DNA of 64,000 bases from Sminthopsis crassicaudata (Eukaryota), in contig NC_133617.1 of the NCBI RefSeq assembly GCF_048593235.1, forward strand, positions 671,378,958 through 671,442,957, given 5' to 3'. Shown here in pieces: positions 34,701 through 46,144 of the stretch. The notes beneath the pieces are model-generated. The model saw only the letters and a list, made by a program, of their open reading frames with translations, was not told where the DNA came from and did not search any database. The translations under genes and the position numbers were made by a program. The stretch's first letter is position 1, and the number at the start of each line of letters is the position of its first letter.

Positions 34701-36586
34701 AACATGGTACACAGTAACAGTAACAGAACATGGTACACAGGAACAGAACATGGTACACAGGAACAGTAACAGAACATGGTACACGGTAACTGCAACAGAA
34801 CATGGTACACAGTAACAATAACAGAACATGGTACACAGTAACAGAACATGGTACACGGTAACTGCAACAGAACATGGTACACAGTAACAGAACATGGTAC
34901 ACAGTAACAGGAACAGAACATGGTACACAGTAACTACAACAGAACATGGTACACAGTAACAGGAACAGAACATGGTACACAGGAACAGAACATGGTACAC
35001 AGTAACAGGAACAGAACATGGTACACAGTAACACTGTATGGTGATCAACTATGATAGACTTAGTTCTTCTCAGCAATAGTAACAGTAACAGCATGTGATG
35101 ATCAACTATGGTAGACTCAGCATACTATTTGCAGTTTAAAATTTTTTTTTTCCTTCATATATTTTTTCCCCTTTGTTCCAATTCTTCTTTCACAACATGA
35201 CTAATGTGGAAATGTTTAATACGATTATACATGTATAGGCTAAATCGGATTGCTTATTTTCCTGGGGAAGGGGGAAAGAAGGAAGAAAAATGTGATCTCA
35301 AAATCTTATTTTAAAAAATGAGTACTGAAAACTACCTTTATATGTGATTGGAAAAAAATATATATTATTTAAATGAATACATCTAGAGTCCTAGATCTGG
35401 CCTTTGAGACGAGGGCACTAAGAATAGAAATGGAAATTCTGAGAGGATACAGAGAAGAAGCACTTACCCCAGAACTGGAAAAAGAGAGGTTACCCCAGAG
35501 GACGATGCCTTCTGCCCCCAGGGCTACACTTACTCCAATGGTCTGAACCAGGTCATTCTGGGAAGGGAGAGATGTTACTTAGCCACCCTTATCTCTTGGT
35601 CAAACCCCTTGCTCCCCCTCTCCCACTTCCTCCTCAGACCAGGGGCTCCAAAAGCTCCCTGAAGATTGGGACTATGTCCTCCCCTCAGATCAAAAGCTCA
35701 CCTGGGACAGAAACCGCCCAGAACCAAGGTGAGTGAGTCGGGTATAGGCCAGCACTGGCAGAGCACGTGGATGTGCAAACCGGGCCACTCGGAAAGCCTC
35801 TTCCAGCCGATATCTTGCATAGGCCTTTCGATAGACTACAGGCAAGTCTGGTGGGAGGTAGATGCTGGGGAAGAGAGCACTAGAGGCTTCCCAAAGCCAG
35901 CGCAGCTGGTCATTGTAGGTCTTGTCTGCCTTCTGGCACTTCCCGGTGTAATTGTGCCTGCTGGGCCATGGGCTTCGGCAGAGAGGGAATCGATAGAAGC
36001 CCCACAGCCCCCCGGGACGAAGTGCCTGCCCCAGTCTCAGGGTATCCTCCATCAGTGCCCGAGCAGCCCCCTCAAAAGCAGCCCGAGCTTCTAGACGCTG
36101 CTGCTTAGGAGACAGATCCGGCCACTGCTGCTGGGCCCAGGCCCGAGATGCCTTTCGATAGATCCTGCGACGCCCCCAGTTCCAGTTCCAGAGTGGGTGC
36201 CACTCTTCCCAGTCAAGCACAGCTAAGCCTCTGAAGCCCTTATGCATGAGGCCTGAAATCTGGCTGGCAACCAGGGTGAGGTGCTTCTTCAGGGGAACAG
36301 CCTGGGGGACACCTCCATGGTGGATGACCCCTGTTGGCCCTAAGTAGGGGTAAAGGCCAAACTGGTTCTTGTAGAAGATGGTAACGTTCTGGCCCCGGAA
36401 ATGCTGGCCCTGGTTGTACACGATGCCAAAGGCCTCCAAGGGCAGGGGCTGGCCAAAGCGGGTTTGGCATCGGGCTGTGGGCACGTTCCACACTGCAGTG
36501 AAGGGGCGGCCCAGCTGCCACGAGGTGGCCCACCCCCCCACTAGGCATAAGGTGGCCCAAGCCACCAGAGAGCAGCCCCCATTCAT
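28784..36586 (-). CDS. HYAL3: Hyaluronidase-3 (GH56), 416 aa. Coding exons 35702-36586, 35468-35557, 28784-29059
   Basis: Signal peptide [18 protein letters not shown]; [10 protein letters not shown]; [16 protein letters not shown]; catalytic LDWEEW; 90-nt middle exon; EGF-like [12 protein letters not shown]...FRCLCYPGW. 1251 nt in frame; acceptor at 36610. Confidence 0.96.
29130..29610 (+). mobile_element. L1 fragment (ORF2 end plus 3' UTR); 5' part strongly GC-enriched
   Basis: Aligns by eye to L1 copies at about 59340-59460 (+) and 63170-63430 (-); its 3' end matches the L1 tail at 54150-54380. Confidence 0.8.
29620..30800 (+). mobile_element. Stacked L1 3'-end fragments with an inserted CORE-SINE (about 30145-30295)
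   Basis: GATGATCAACT...GACTTGGCTCT, AATGTTGAAAACTATC motifs and A-tails; SINE A/B boxes. Confidence 0.8.
31304..35032. repeat. Tandem satellite, about 3.7 kb, core ACAGAACATGGTACACAGTA (20-mer) with 6-nt insert variants, in HYAL3 intron 3
   Basis: Directly visible; roughly 150-170 units; embedded in an L1 3' fragment that resumes at about 35033-35370. Confidence 0.98.
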
Positions 36587-36691
36587 AGTTGGGCCCAGCA
36601 AGGAGAAACCTGTAGGGGAAAGAGGATACTGGAGTGAGGGGCAGAAGCACAAGAGTTCTGGGTGTGAGGAAGGATCATAGTCTCTCTCTAT

Positions 36692-36693
<2 letters not shown>

Positions 36694-36753
<60 letters not shown>
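36694..36753. repeat. (CA)n microsatellite
   Basis: About 30 perfect CA units. Confidence 0.97.
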
Positions 36754-36756
<3 letters not shown>

Positions 36757-36950
36757 TCCTAACTCCCATCATCACTGATCTTCCCTTCCATCCCTCTCAT
36801 TGAACTGTGGGTGGACCAGAAGAGGCTGATGGTTAAACTAAGCCTCCTGGGAAGGGCAGAAAGAATGCTGGAGGACTGAAGCCAAATGAAGAGTTGAATA
36901 AGGAGAAATAAATACAAAGGAGAGCCATGTGGTCCCCATGATGAGGCTGC

Positions 36951-36956
36951 TTTATT
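36951..36956 (-). terminator. Poly(A) signal of NAA80
   Basis: AATAAA on the - strand, 640 nt after the NAA80 stop and about 340 nt before the HYAL3 exon acceptor. Confidence 0.6.
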
Positions 36957-37595
36957 TGCTGCTGCTCACACACAGTCATGCTGCTGAACAATGTAATAAT
37001 GAACACTTATTGAGCACCTACTACTGCGTACAGAGACTTCTGTCCACAGTTCAGATATAACACAGTCACTGAGCTTAGAATCTGCAAGACAACTCTGAGG
37101 TATTGCAGAGAGCTTGGATTGGGAAAGAGAAGCTTGGGATGGAATCCCAGTTTTGCCACTCTAGGACTCAGTTTCCCCCTTAAGCGATGGGGACAATAAT
37201 ACAGATGTGCAGACCCTCCCTCACAGGAGCATTGTGGGGCGGTGTTTTGTAAACCTTAAAGTGCTACAGACCTCTGGTGGTCTCTCAGCCTTCACTTTCT
37301 CTGCTGGGTGGGTTTTTGGCAGTCTGAGATAGGCACCCCCTAGCTCTTCCCCTTACCCAAAAAAGAAATGCCAAAGAAAATTGGGCTGGGGCTGGCTGAT
37401 ATCCCATCTTCTGCCTTCACTGGGGGAGCAGCACTGACAGCTATGTTGTCAGTACCCCCAAGAAAGCAGGCTTCAGGCACTGTGGAGATTTCAGGAAAGA
37501 CTTCTCAGGGATCTCCCCAGATTATTCTTTACAATCCTCCCCTGCACTCTGGCCTTCCTTCTGTCCTCAGCAGAAAGGCCATGAAGTCAACCCCA

Positions 37596-38355
37596 TCAGA
37601 TCTCCTTTGTCATCCAAAATATGGGGCGGCCACGGATGTCCCTGTATGGGGTCTCCACAAGGCTCTGCTCTGGGGAGGCTATGGGGGAGAGAACTGGAGA
37701 GCTGAGAAGGGGAGCAGGTAAAGGAGGAGGGGGTGGTGGTGGTACAGGGGGTAGATGGGGTCTAGCATGGGAGTCAGAAGTAGAGGGGGTCCCCATAGTC
37801 TCCCTGCAGGGGCTGGGGGCTTTAGCTTCTGGGAGGTTGGCAGGCTGGGCGAAGGTCTGGAGGATAGCAGCAGACAGTGAGCTACGGAAGGTGATGCCTT
37901 GCACTGGCTCCCCAAGCTCATAGCCCAGGTGGGCATAGAAATGCTGCTTATCGTGGGTGGTCAGGTGTAGCCGACGAAAGCCCCGGGCCTTGGCAAAGGC
38001 CTCAGTGGCCTCCATGAGGCGTCTGCCAAACCCTTGACCACGAAGGGCCCGGGCCACAACCACAGTTTCAACCAATAGGCTGTGATCGTGGGCAACGACT
38101 TTGGAGAGGCGGGAATGGCCCAGGACCGTGGGCAAGGCCCCAGGGGCAGGCGGTGGCCCCAGCAGGGCCAGGCATAGGGGAAAGGCATCCGAGGACTGTC
38201 CCAGAGAGTGCAGGCGTGAGGCTCGACTCCGGGGCCACTCCTGGTTGATGAGGTCAGCACAGGCATCCAGGAGCTCTGGACGCAGGTGGGCGGGGCTCCA
38301 GGGTCAGTTCTTCGAGGCCAGGGCTTGTAGCCAACGGGGCCAAAGAGGCCATCAT
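37596..38355 (-). CDS. NAA80: Actin N-terminal acetyltransferase NAA80 (NAT6), single coding exon. As assembled it has a +1 frameshift at 38292-38295; 252 aa if one base is removed
   Basis: MMASLAPLATSPGLEELTLEP in one frame; HLRPELLDACADLINQEWPRSRASRLHSL...VETVVVARALRGQGFGRRLM (GNAT acetyl-CoA motif), a polyproline tract and GRPIFWMTKEI* in another. Span is 760 nt (759 after correction). Acceptor at 38422. Confidence 0.93.
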
Positions 38356-40979
38356 CCAGCTGCTGGTCGGGAGCTACTTCTGCTTTCCCTCGAGGTCTAC
38401 GATCAATACTCCATTCTCCTCCTGTGGAGCATCCAGAGCTGACTTCACAGATCCCAGTGGGTCAGGACTTGATGGTATCTCAAGAATCATCTATTATAAA
38501 CCCACCCTCAACAAAAATGCCCTCTACAGCATCCCAGACAGAGTCTTTCACTAACTAGGAGAGTTTTGGTGATGATGGAGAGCTCACTATCTCCTGGACA
38601 GCTATCACAGCTAGGAAGTTTGGTCTTTATTAAATTATACCTAAATCTGCAACTTCCCAACCCTCCCAGGGGCTTTTAATTCTGCCCTCACGGGATCGAG
38701 AAGTTAATCTTTTTTCTGTTGGCCAACCCTTCAGATAGTTGAAGATAGAGATCTTACCACGGCTTCTTCCAGGATTCCCCAGTTCTCTAGTCCATGGAAA
38801 ATACCCACCCCCTCCTTCCTTCAACCAATCCTTTTATGGTCTGGTCTCTGCTGGGTCTCTAATGTAGCTTTTTTTTTTTTTTTTCCCCAGTATGAACTCC
38901 ATTCAGGGAAGGAAAACTGACACTAGTCTCCTATAAGCTCCCCAAAAGATCAAAATCAAAGTTATTTTTGGATTCTCTGTGGGTTTGGGATTATTTATGT
39001 TGTTTCACTGGTTTTGTTAGAGAAGAGGAAACCCTTCTCCTGGACCAGCTGTTACCAACAATGGGGACAGATTCCCCAAGCCCTAAATAGAAATCCTCAA
39101 ATCCTCCTTCCCCAGCCCTGCTTCAGCTCATGGGAGGAAGGAAGGAGAAAATGGACACTGGATACAAGAATCTCAGGCCTTTGTTAATCAAAAGGGAAAC
39201 CAGGCCTCTCAGAAAAGTGGAGGTCCAAAGTGAACGGGAGACAGGTTAGGTAGGTCAGAGCCCCTTAGGCTGATTGTGGGGAGAGATTGGGGGAGGAAGA
39301 GGTTAAGGGGGGAAGCTGGAACAGAAGCCAAGCCTCTTCCCTTCTGAGGGGCAAAGCATGGTTCATCTTCGGGCTGACTTCTGCTTTTCTCCAGGGGATT
39401 GCAGAGCTACACAGATAAGGACTCCTGCTTCCTCCCCCACAGACTGGGTCCCAACGGCTGGCTCTCCTCCACCAGGGCCTCCCATATCATGAACTCCCTT
39501 GTTCTCAAGGTCTGGGAGTAGGAGAAAAAGCAAATCTAGTCTAAAAATCTAAAACTGAGGAGAAAGATGGTTAATGTGAGAACTCCCACAGAAAGGTCTG
39601 TTCACCCTCCTTATCAAACCAACTGATGAAGTCTTCAATGTGGTTAGCAGAAGAATTGACAAAAATTACTTCTTAAGCAAGCAGGAAGAAGGCTCTGATC
39701 ATGGAGATCGGTTTAGTTCCTTGGTCTCACCCTCTAAAGGTAATGCAGTTAGAAATCCAAGTTAAGTTAAGACCCAGGGGCTAAATTTTTCCTATAAAAT
39801 AATTTATGGCCCGTGACTTTGCTCTCTTCCTTTGGCTCAGTCCACTACATCAGGCTGTCTCTGTTTCATGGTGTCTTTCCCTTATCCCATCCACCCCATG
39901 CCCTGTCATATTTCCCCTAACTCCACTACGCTTCTCAACCCCATTTCTCCTCTTTACAGCTAACTTTTAGGGTGCTAACTGCCAGTTGAGGGCATGCCCC
40001 AGGCTCCAGGGGTGTTCCCTTTCTACGGAGTAATTGTGAGTTACTAAGGAACTTGCCTTTCATGCGCCGTCCCACTCCATTTCATATTTAACATTCCTGG
40101 TGTCTATTGTATCCCTTCATTTTGTCCGTAACCCCTTCTTTAAACAAATCTATCTTTTATCAAGGAGAATGGCCATTGTGAATTCTTCACAAGACCGAAC
40201 CCCAACTTATGATACCTGCCATCATTTGGTGACAGACGCCACGCCATAGATCACATCACAACAATGATCCTAGCTTCAGAATTTCTAAGTTCAAAGAACC
40301 ACTGAACATCAGAGATAGAACAGATTCTAGAAATTGGCCTTTTCAACACTCCCATTTTACAGATTGGAAAACTGAGGCCCAGGGGGATGATTTAAACCAG
40401 TTCACAATATGAAGGGTTAGTTCTGGAACCTTAAGCCAAGCCTCCAGACTCCTAGCTCGGACCTCTTTCCACAATATACCACCATTGTCCCCTCCTCTGC
40501 CCCCCCATCATCCTTCTTAAATACCTACCCTCTTTACAGAAAAGAAGTCAAACCAAGGGAGGGACGGGATCCAGAGGAAGAAAAGGGGCTGCCTTGCCGG
40601 CTGCCTCCAGGGACCAGTGCCTGCTCCTCACTCAGTTTGAACCCTTTCTTGAAGAAGGAAGCTTCATCTGCTTCCTGTCCCCACAGGGATGGGGGTAACC
40701 AGGCCCGCTTAACCCCTGCGGTTGGGGGAGTGGAAGTGGGGGTGTTAAGAAACAATTATCCCTGTCCTGCTTCTGACTAGTCTCCCCCTTCTTCCCCCCT
40801 CCCTTACAAGTTCCTGCCAAAACCTGGATAAGACTTGGGGCTGAGGGAGCAGGGGGAGCCCAGCACCACTTCTAACCCTACGGTGCCTCAGTTCCCCCCT
40901 TTACAAAACGGGGAGTCTGGGCTGGGACCTCCTGGAAGGAAAGAAGCTCTATTGTAGGGAGGCTCTCGGGGTGCCTTCT

Positions 40980-41600
40980 CACAGTGAGGGACCCCAAGAC
41001 AAGGCCCTGCTGACGGACAGCGCCCCGCCGGACACGGGGGACGGCGGGCTGACGGAGACACGGAGAAGAGGGGGTGCAGCAGGACACACGGACAGAAAGG
41101 GAGGGAGGGTGCGCACCCCGAGTGGAGGGGACGGCGGAAGGACGGACAGGAGGGGAGGGGGTGCAGCCGGACACACAGACACGACCAGCATGCAAGCGGT
41201 GAAGTCAGACTTGGGGGGAAGCAAGAGGGGAGCGGGGCGGGGCGTGATACTGACATGTTGCTCCCCAGCTTCTGGCTCTTCCCCAGCTGCCGAAGCTTCC
41301 CCCGCCGGGATCCGTGCTCCGCTCCTGCCGGCCCCGCGCTCCCCACCCAGTGGTGAGGAGGACACACAGCAGCCGCTGCCCGCCACCGCCCTTACGAGGG
41401 AGCCGGGGCCCGATTGGGCAGCGGGCCGCGGGGGGTGGAGCCCGCTTCACGAAGCTGTGCCCGGTCTGGTGGGTGCGCACGTGTGTGAGCACGTACCCTG
41501 CATTAGTGCGCGTGCACCCGCACCAGTACGTGCATGTGCACGCGCATGCGTGCAGTGACTGTCCCAGGCTCACATGTCACCCGAAGGAGGGTTCCCCATC
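40980..41600. promoter_or_regulatory. CpG island, probable shared NAA80/HYAL3 promoter and non-coding first exon
   Basis: CpG-dense; GC boxes at about 41234, CCAAT on - at about 41414, CACGTG at 41478, NRF1-like GCGCATGCG at 41542. Shared promoter inferred from the human arrangement; the donor is not firmly located. Confidence 0.7.
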
Positions 41601-42499
41601 CCCAGGCGGCTCTCAGGCATTGCTCGCCCTTCTGTATAAATCCATACACTAATTAGAACAATCCTGCTCGGTCCTGAAGGGGTTAATAAACCACAAACTA
41701 CCTCGCAGAAGGGGCAATAGGGGGCAGAACGCAGCCCTCGCTATCAGAACGGGCTCGTGTGTTCGCTAGTTTTGCTGAATGATTTTCCCCCTTTTTTTAT
41801 TCCTTCCTTTAAAAGATGGCTCCTTGAAATATTTAAAAAAAAAAAAAAAAGAGGCTCCTTGGGGGAAATATTCAGATGTGAAAGGAACTCCGTAAGCCCA
41901 GGGTTACTGGAGCACACACATGAAAGCCTACACCGGGGGCCACACGATCACGAGCTTTAGAGTCACACGGATCGGCGGTTGGCACTTAATTGGCTGACCT
42001 TCCTCCGATGAGTTTATGCCCTACTGTGTGCCCATAATGACTGGCAATAGAGCAGTCATTTGGCGGACTGGAGTCACAAGATCTGGGTTCCAATTTCACC
42101 AACATTTTGTTAGTTCTGTGAATTTAGGCGCATCGCTTATTTTCTTCCTCCTACAAAATAAAACGAACATCTTCAAGTTTCGGGAACATCCGCTATTATC
42201 AGGACCGCGTAAAGCACGGACACACGGACAGAAGCGGGGGAGGAGTCCCAGCCAGACCCTCGGGGACCGAGCGGCCGGACACGCAGACACGCAGACCAGC
42301 ATGCCCTCCGTGGCGGGGGAGTCACTGTTTGCTGACTGGCTGCCCTCTCTGCAGCTGGAGAGAAAGGGTCACCCTCAGCGCCCCTGAAGCTCTGGGCTCC
42401 AGCACAAAGAAACTCACCTGCAAGGAAAAGGGAACTCAGATTCTAAAGATCAATAGCTTTCTTCCCTGATCATCTCTCTCATGTTCATGAGCTGGCTGA

Positions 42500-42955
42500 T
42501 TCCAAACATCCTGAAAGATTTACATGAACTGATGCTAAGTGAGCAGAGCCAAGGGGACATTGTACACAGCAGCAAGATTAAGTGATGAACAACCGTAATC
42601 GACTTGGTCCTTTTCAACAATGAAGTGATTCAAATCAGTTTCAATAGACTTGTGATGGAAAGAGCCCTGTGCATTCAGAGGACTATGGAGACTGAATGTG
42701 GATCAGAACGCAAGTATTTTCACCTTTTTGTTGTTTGCATGTGTTTTGTTTTTTTCCTCCGCAGGACAAATATGGAAATCTTTAAAAGATTTATAGTCGT
42801 TTAACCTATATCAGATTGCTTGCTGTCTTGTGAAGGGTAGAAGAGGAGAGGGAGAAAAATTTGTAACACAAGGTTTTGCAGAAGTGAATGTTGTAAACTA
42901 TCTTTGCACATATTTGGAAAAATAAAATCATTAAAGAAAAAAAAAAAAAAAGAAA
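42500..42955 (+). mobile_element. L1 3'-end fragment with A-tail
   Basis: GAAAGATTTACATGAACTGATGC...AATGTTGTAAACTATC...AATAAA then poly(A). Confidence 0.8.
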
Positions 42956-43496
42956 AATCATTCTCATTTTGTTCAGTGGAATTCAGCTAGAAATGAATGG
43001 TCCTGGGAGAAACTGCTATCCTGAAATTGTTCATTTCTTTTAATATTCAGCAAAGAATTGCATAGGTGGATAAAATTATCGGTTTTGTCACTGAATAGAA
43101 TATTTGGATATAAGTGCGTGTAGAGGGTCACAGACAGAGGGGGAACTCTGGGTGAGCCCAGAGGGAACCTGCTGACAATGTCTGGTTCAGCTCCCCCCAA
43201 CATACTTTATAACAGTGTTCCGTGGAATAACATTGTTCCCCTTTTTATAGTGATTTATAAAGCATTTTCCTCCAAAAACCGCACTAAAGTCCTGTTAGCT
43301 CCCTCTGATGGAGAACCCAGATTCAGAAAGGTGGAATAAGTTATTCATGATCACACAGCAGAGTGATAATCACTGAAGGCTGGGAGGCAGTGACAGAACA
43401 GTTGTAGAGGGGAAGCTATCTCCCACCGGGTTTAGACCAGGACTGCAAAGGAGCATCAAGAGGCCCTTTCAGCATGGCAATGTTTCTTTAGAGGAG

Positions 43497-46144
43497 TCAG
43501 GAGCTGCCCTGCTTCTCACAGTGCTCCCCAACCCAGCCTGGATAGCAGCGACACTTAAATTCTGATTTTATCTTGGTCAAGGCTTCCTCTGCCAAGAAGC
43601 CTTGTAGGCTCAAGTGCCCAGTGTCTGGCTGTCGATGAATAGAGAAGCTGTCTGGGCTGAGGAAAAGGAAGGCCTGCGGGTGATATTGGCGGCGGGCACA
43701 TCTACCGTGCCCTGAGCATAGCTCCTCACTGCAGAGGTGGGCACTGCTGGTTACATTCAGAATGAAGGGTCCAAGGGTGGTATCCACGTAATCCTTAATG
43801 GCCTGGCAGGATTCCTGGGGGTAGAAAGCAGACAGCCTTAGTATCACTCACCCAAGAACCTCCAGGAACATTTTCTACGCTAGTTTTGCATGGGTACAAC
43901 GAGAGACACCAGGGAGGTTCAAGGCCAATCTCATCTGGACACCCTAGGAACAGAGCCCTCAGTAAGGCTCAGCCTCAGCCTCATCTGGACATCTCCAGAG
44001 GCATCAGAAAGGCTCAGAGCCAGAAGGAACAGAGTCCCTGATAGCTTTGCTTGGCATCAGAAAGGCTCAGGGCCAGCTTCATCTGGGCACCCCTAGGAAT
44101 AGAGCCCACATTAGCTTTTCCTGGCATCAGGAAATAGTTTTTTATTTCTTCATAGGTTATGAATTTATCTTTTCATTTTTGATACTGGTAACTTGGTTTT
44201 GTACTTTTAAAAATTAAAATTAGTTAATAGTTTATTTTATTGTATATATTTTTAAAAGCAGGCAGTTTTATTTATTAATTCAATAGATTCTTTTGCTTTC
44301 AATTTTGTTCATCTCTTCCTTGATTTTTAGGATTTCTATTTTGATATTTAATTGGGATTTTTTAATTTGCTGGTTTTCAAAATTTTTTCATTGCATACCC
44401 AATTGGGTAATGTCTCTTCTTCTCTTTTATAATGTGCATTTCTGAAAGAATATTGTCCACATGTGACCCTGCATCCTCTGGCCTCTCCCAGGTCCCACTC
44501 ACCTTGGTGTGCTCGTGTTCTCCACTCAGCCATACCACAATGCCATCTGTCCCCTGGGCCAAACTCTCCCCAATGGTATTCTCCAACTCCTCCTGGGGAA
44601 GGGGGAGGGGGAGAGGAATGGAAAATGCCTTTGTGAGAGTATTAACATCTTATCCCTCCCCCAATCCATGAAGGCACAAAGGGACATGCCATCCGCCTCA
44701 AACCTGAAGGGACTACTCCTAACAGTAGAGGAAGAGTTCACCATAATTGTTTGCATTTCCTCTAGTGTAAGGTTTACAAAGTACTTTCTTCCCAACAGCT
44801 CTCCCCTGTAAACACTATCTATCATGCTTATTTAGCAGGAGAATAAACTATTAAGTGTTCTGTCCAAGGTCACTCAGCTAGCAATTATCAGAGGCAGGAT
44901 TCAAACCCAGGGCTTCTGACTGTGCATCAAACACTTTCAGCTATACCACAATGCTTCCGTGGGGCAGGCAGCTGCCCACCAATGGGTATGTCAGGAGTCG
45001 GGAGAGTGATCTCCTATAAATGGGGAAAGAGAAGCCCAATTCCTTGAAGTCTAATCTGACACCAAGAAAGAAAACCATCCCCAGAAGACTCAAGGTAGGA
45101 ATGGGCAACTTTGGGGAGGGCCCTGCGTCTAACTTGGCACTCAGAATATGGGCAAAGGCTTTGAGCTACACCTGATCTGATTCTAGTCAACAGAGAATGG
45201 AAGCTTAGGAGGAGAGGGGACTAGAGGGAGGTGCTCACCAAAGGCAGAAAATGATCTGTCTTCTCATAAAAAATCTGCACATAGGGCAAGATGGGCCGGC
45301 CAGGATTTGAAGTCTTCTCTTCTACTCGGAAGGCCTCCCGTAGCCTCCCACGGACAAATGGCAGTGATTTCCCTGTGTTGGCCAGCTTCGGGGGAAGGTA
45401 GATGCTAGGGTAGAGGGTTCGGCTCTGCTCCCACATCCAAGATAATTGATCATTTAAGACTTGGATCTTTTCATAGCATTCCCCTGTGTAGTTGGGCTGC
45501 TGGAAGTTGTAATTATAGCAATCTGGGAAACCATAGTAGCCCCAAAGTCCCCTGGGTCGAAGGAACTTCCCCAGCTGTAAGGTGCTAAGCATCCATTGTC
45601 TGGCAGCCTCCTCAAATTGTTTCTTAGCCACCTCCTCTACCTGGCGTGGGCACCAGTCTGGGTGCTCTTCTCTTACCAAATCTAGAGAATGCTTCTGGTA
45701 TATTTTCTTTGAGTCCCAATTCGTGGTCCAAATAGGGCGCCATTCTTCCCAATCAATGACTACAACCCCCTGGAAGTCAGGTTCAGGCAAAGTGGTCAGG
45801 ATGTCATTATAGGACTTGGCCAGGTGGGCACCAAAACTGGCATTCTGGGGCAAGCCCCCATTGATGGGCTGCCCAGTGGGCGTATACCGTGGGTAAATAC
45901 CCAGCTCATTGCTATAGAAGATGGTCATGTTTGGTCCCCTGAAGACTTGGTTTGGGTTGGCTATCACATGGAATGTGTCCAGGCTAATGTTCACCTGAAA
46001 TTTCTGTTGGCACAAATAGGTGTTGGCATTCCAGATGGCAACAAAGGGGACATTGGGCAGCACAGGGCCCCCTGAGGCCTGAGTTAGGTCTGGATAGATC
46101 AGCAAAAGGGCACAGATGAAAAACATGGAGCCTCCTGGAGCCAT
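43497..46144 (-). CDS. HYAL1: Hyaluronidase-1, proximal copy A, 437 aa. Coding exons 45239-46144, 44503-44592, 43497-43814
   Basis: Signal peptide; GPNMTIFYSNELG; catalytic IDWEEWRPIWTTNW; FPDCYNYNF; LYPSIY; ESCQAIKDYVDTTLGPFILNVT; EGF-like domain, no GPI tail. 1314 nt in frame; acceptor at 46174; ATTAAA on - at 43039-43044. Confidence 0.94.

Noticed and set aside
31200-35094. Very long Cys/Val-rich ORFs (up to 1282 aa) on the - strand
   Set aside because: All three frames are open because the satellite unit lacks stop codons on that strand; no splice or coding signature.
36587-36775. N-terminal extension of the HYAL3 ORF ([13 protein letters not shown]...)
   Set aside because: Runs through a (TG)n microsatellite upstream of the acceptor at 36610; the real start is ATG 36586 with a signal peptide.
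37596-38135. 179-aa NAA80 starting MPTVLG
   Set aside because: TTG start called by the ORF finder; homology continues upstream across the frameshift.
41790-43497. Idea that HYAL1 copy A lacks a poly(A) signal
   Set aside because: ATTAAA is present on the - strand at 43039-43044, about 450 nt after the stop.
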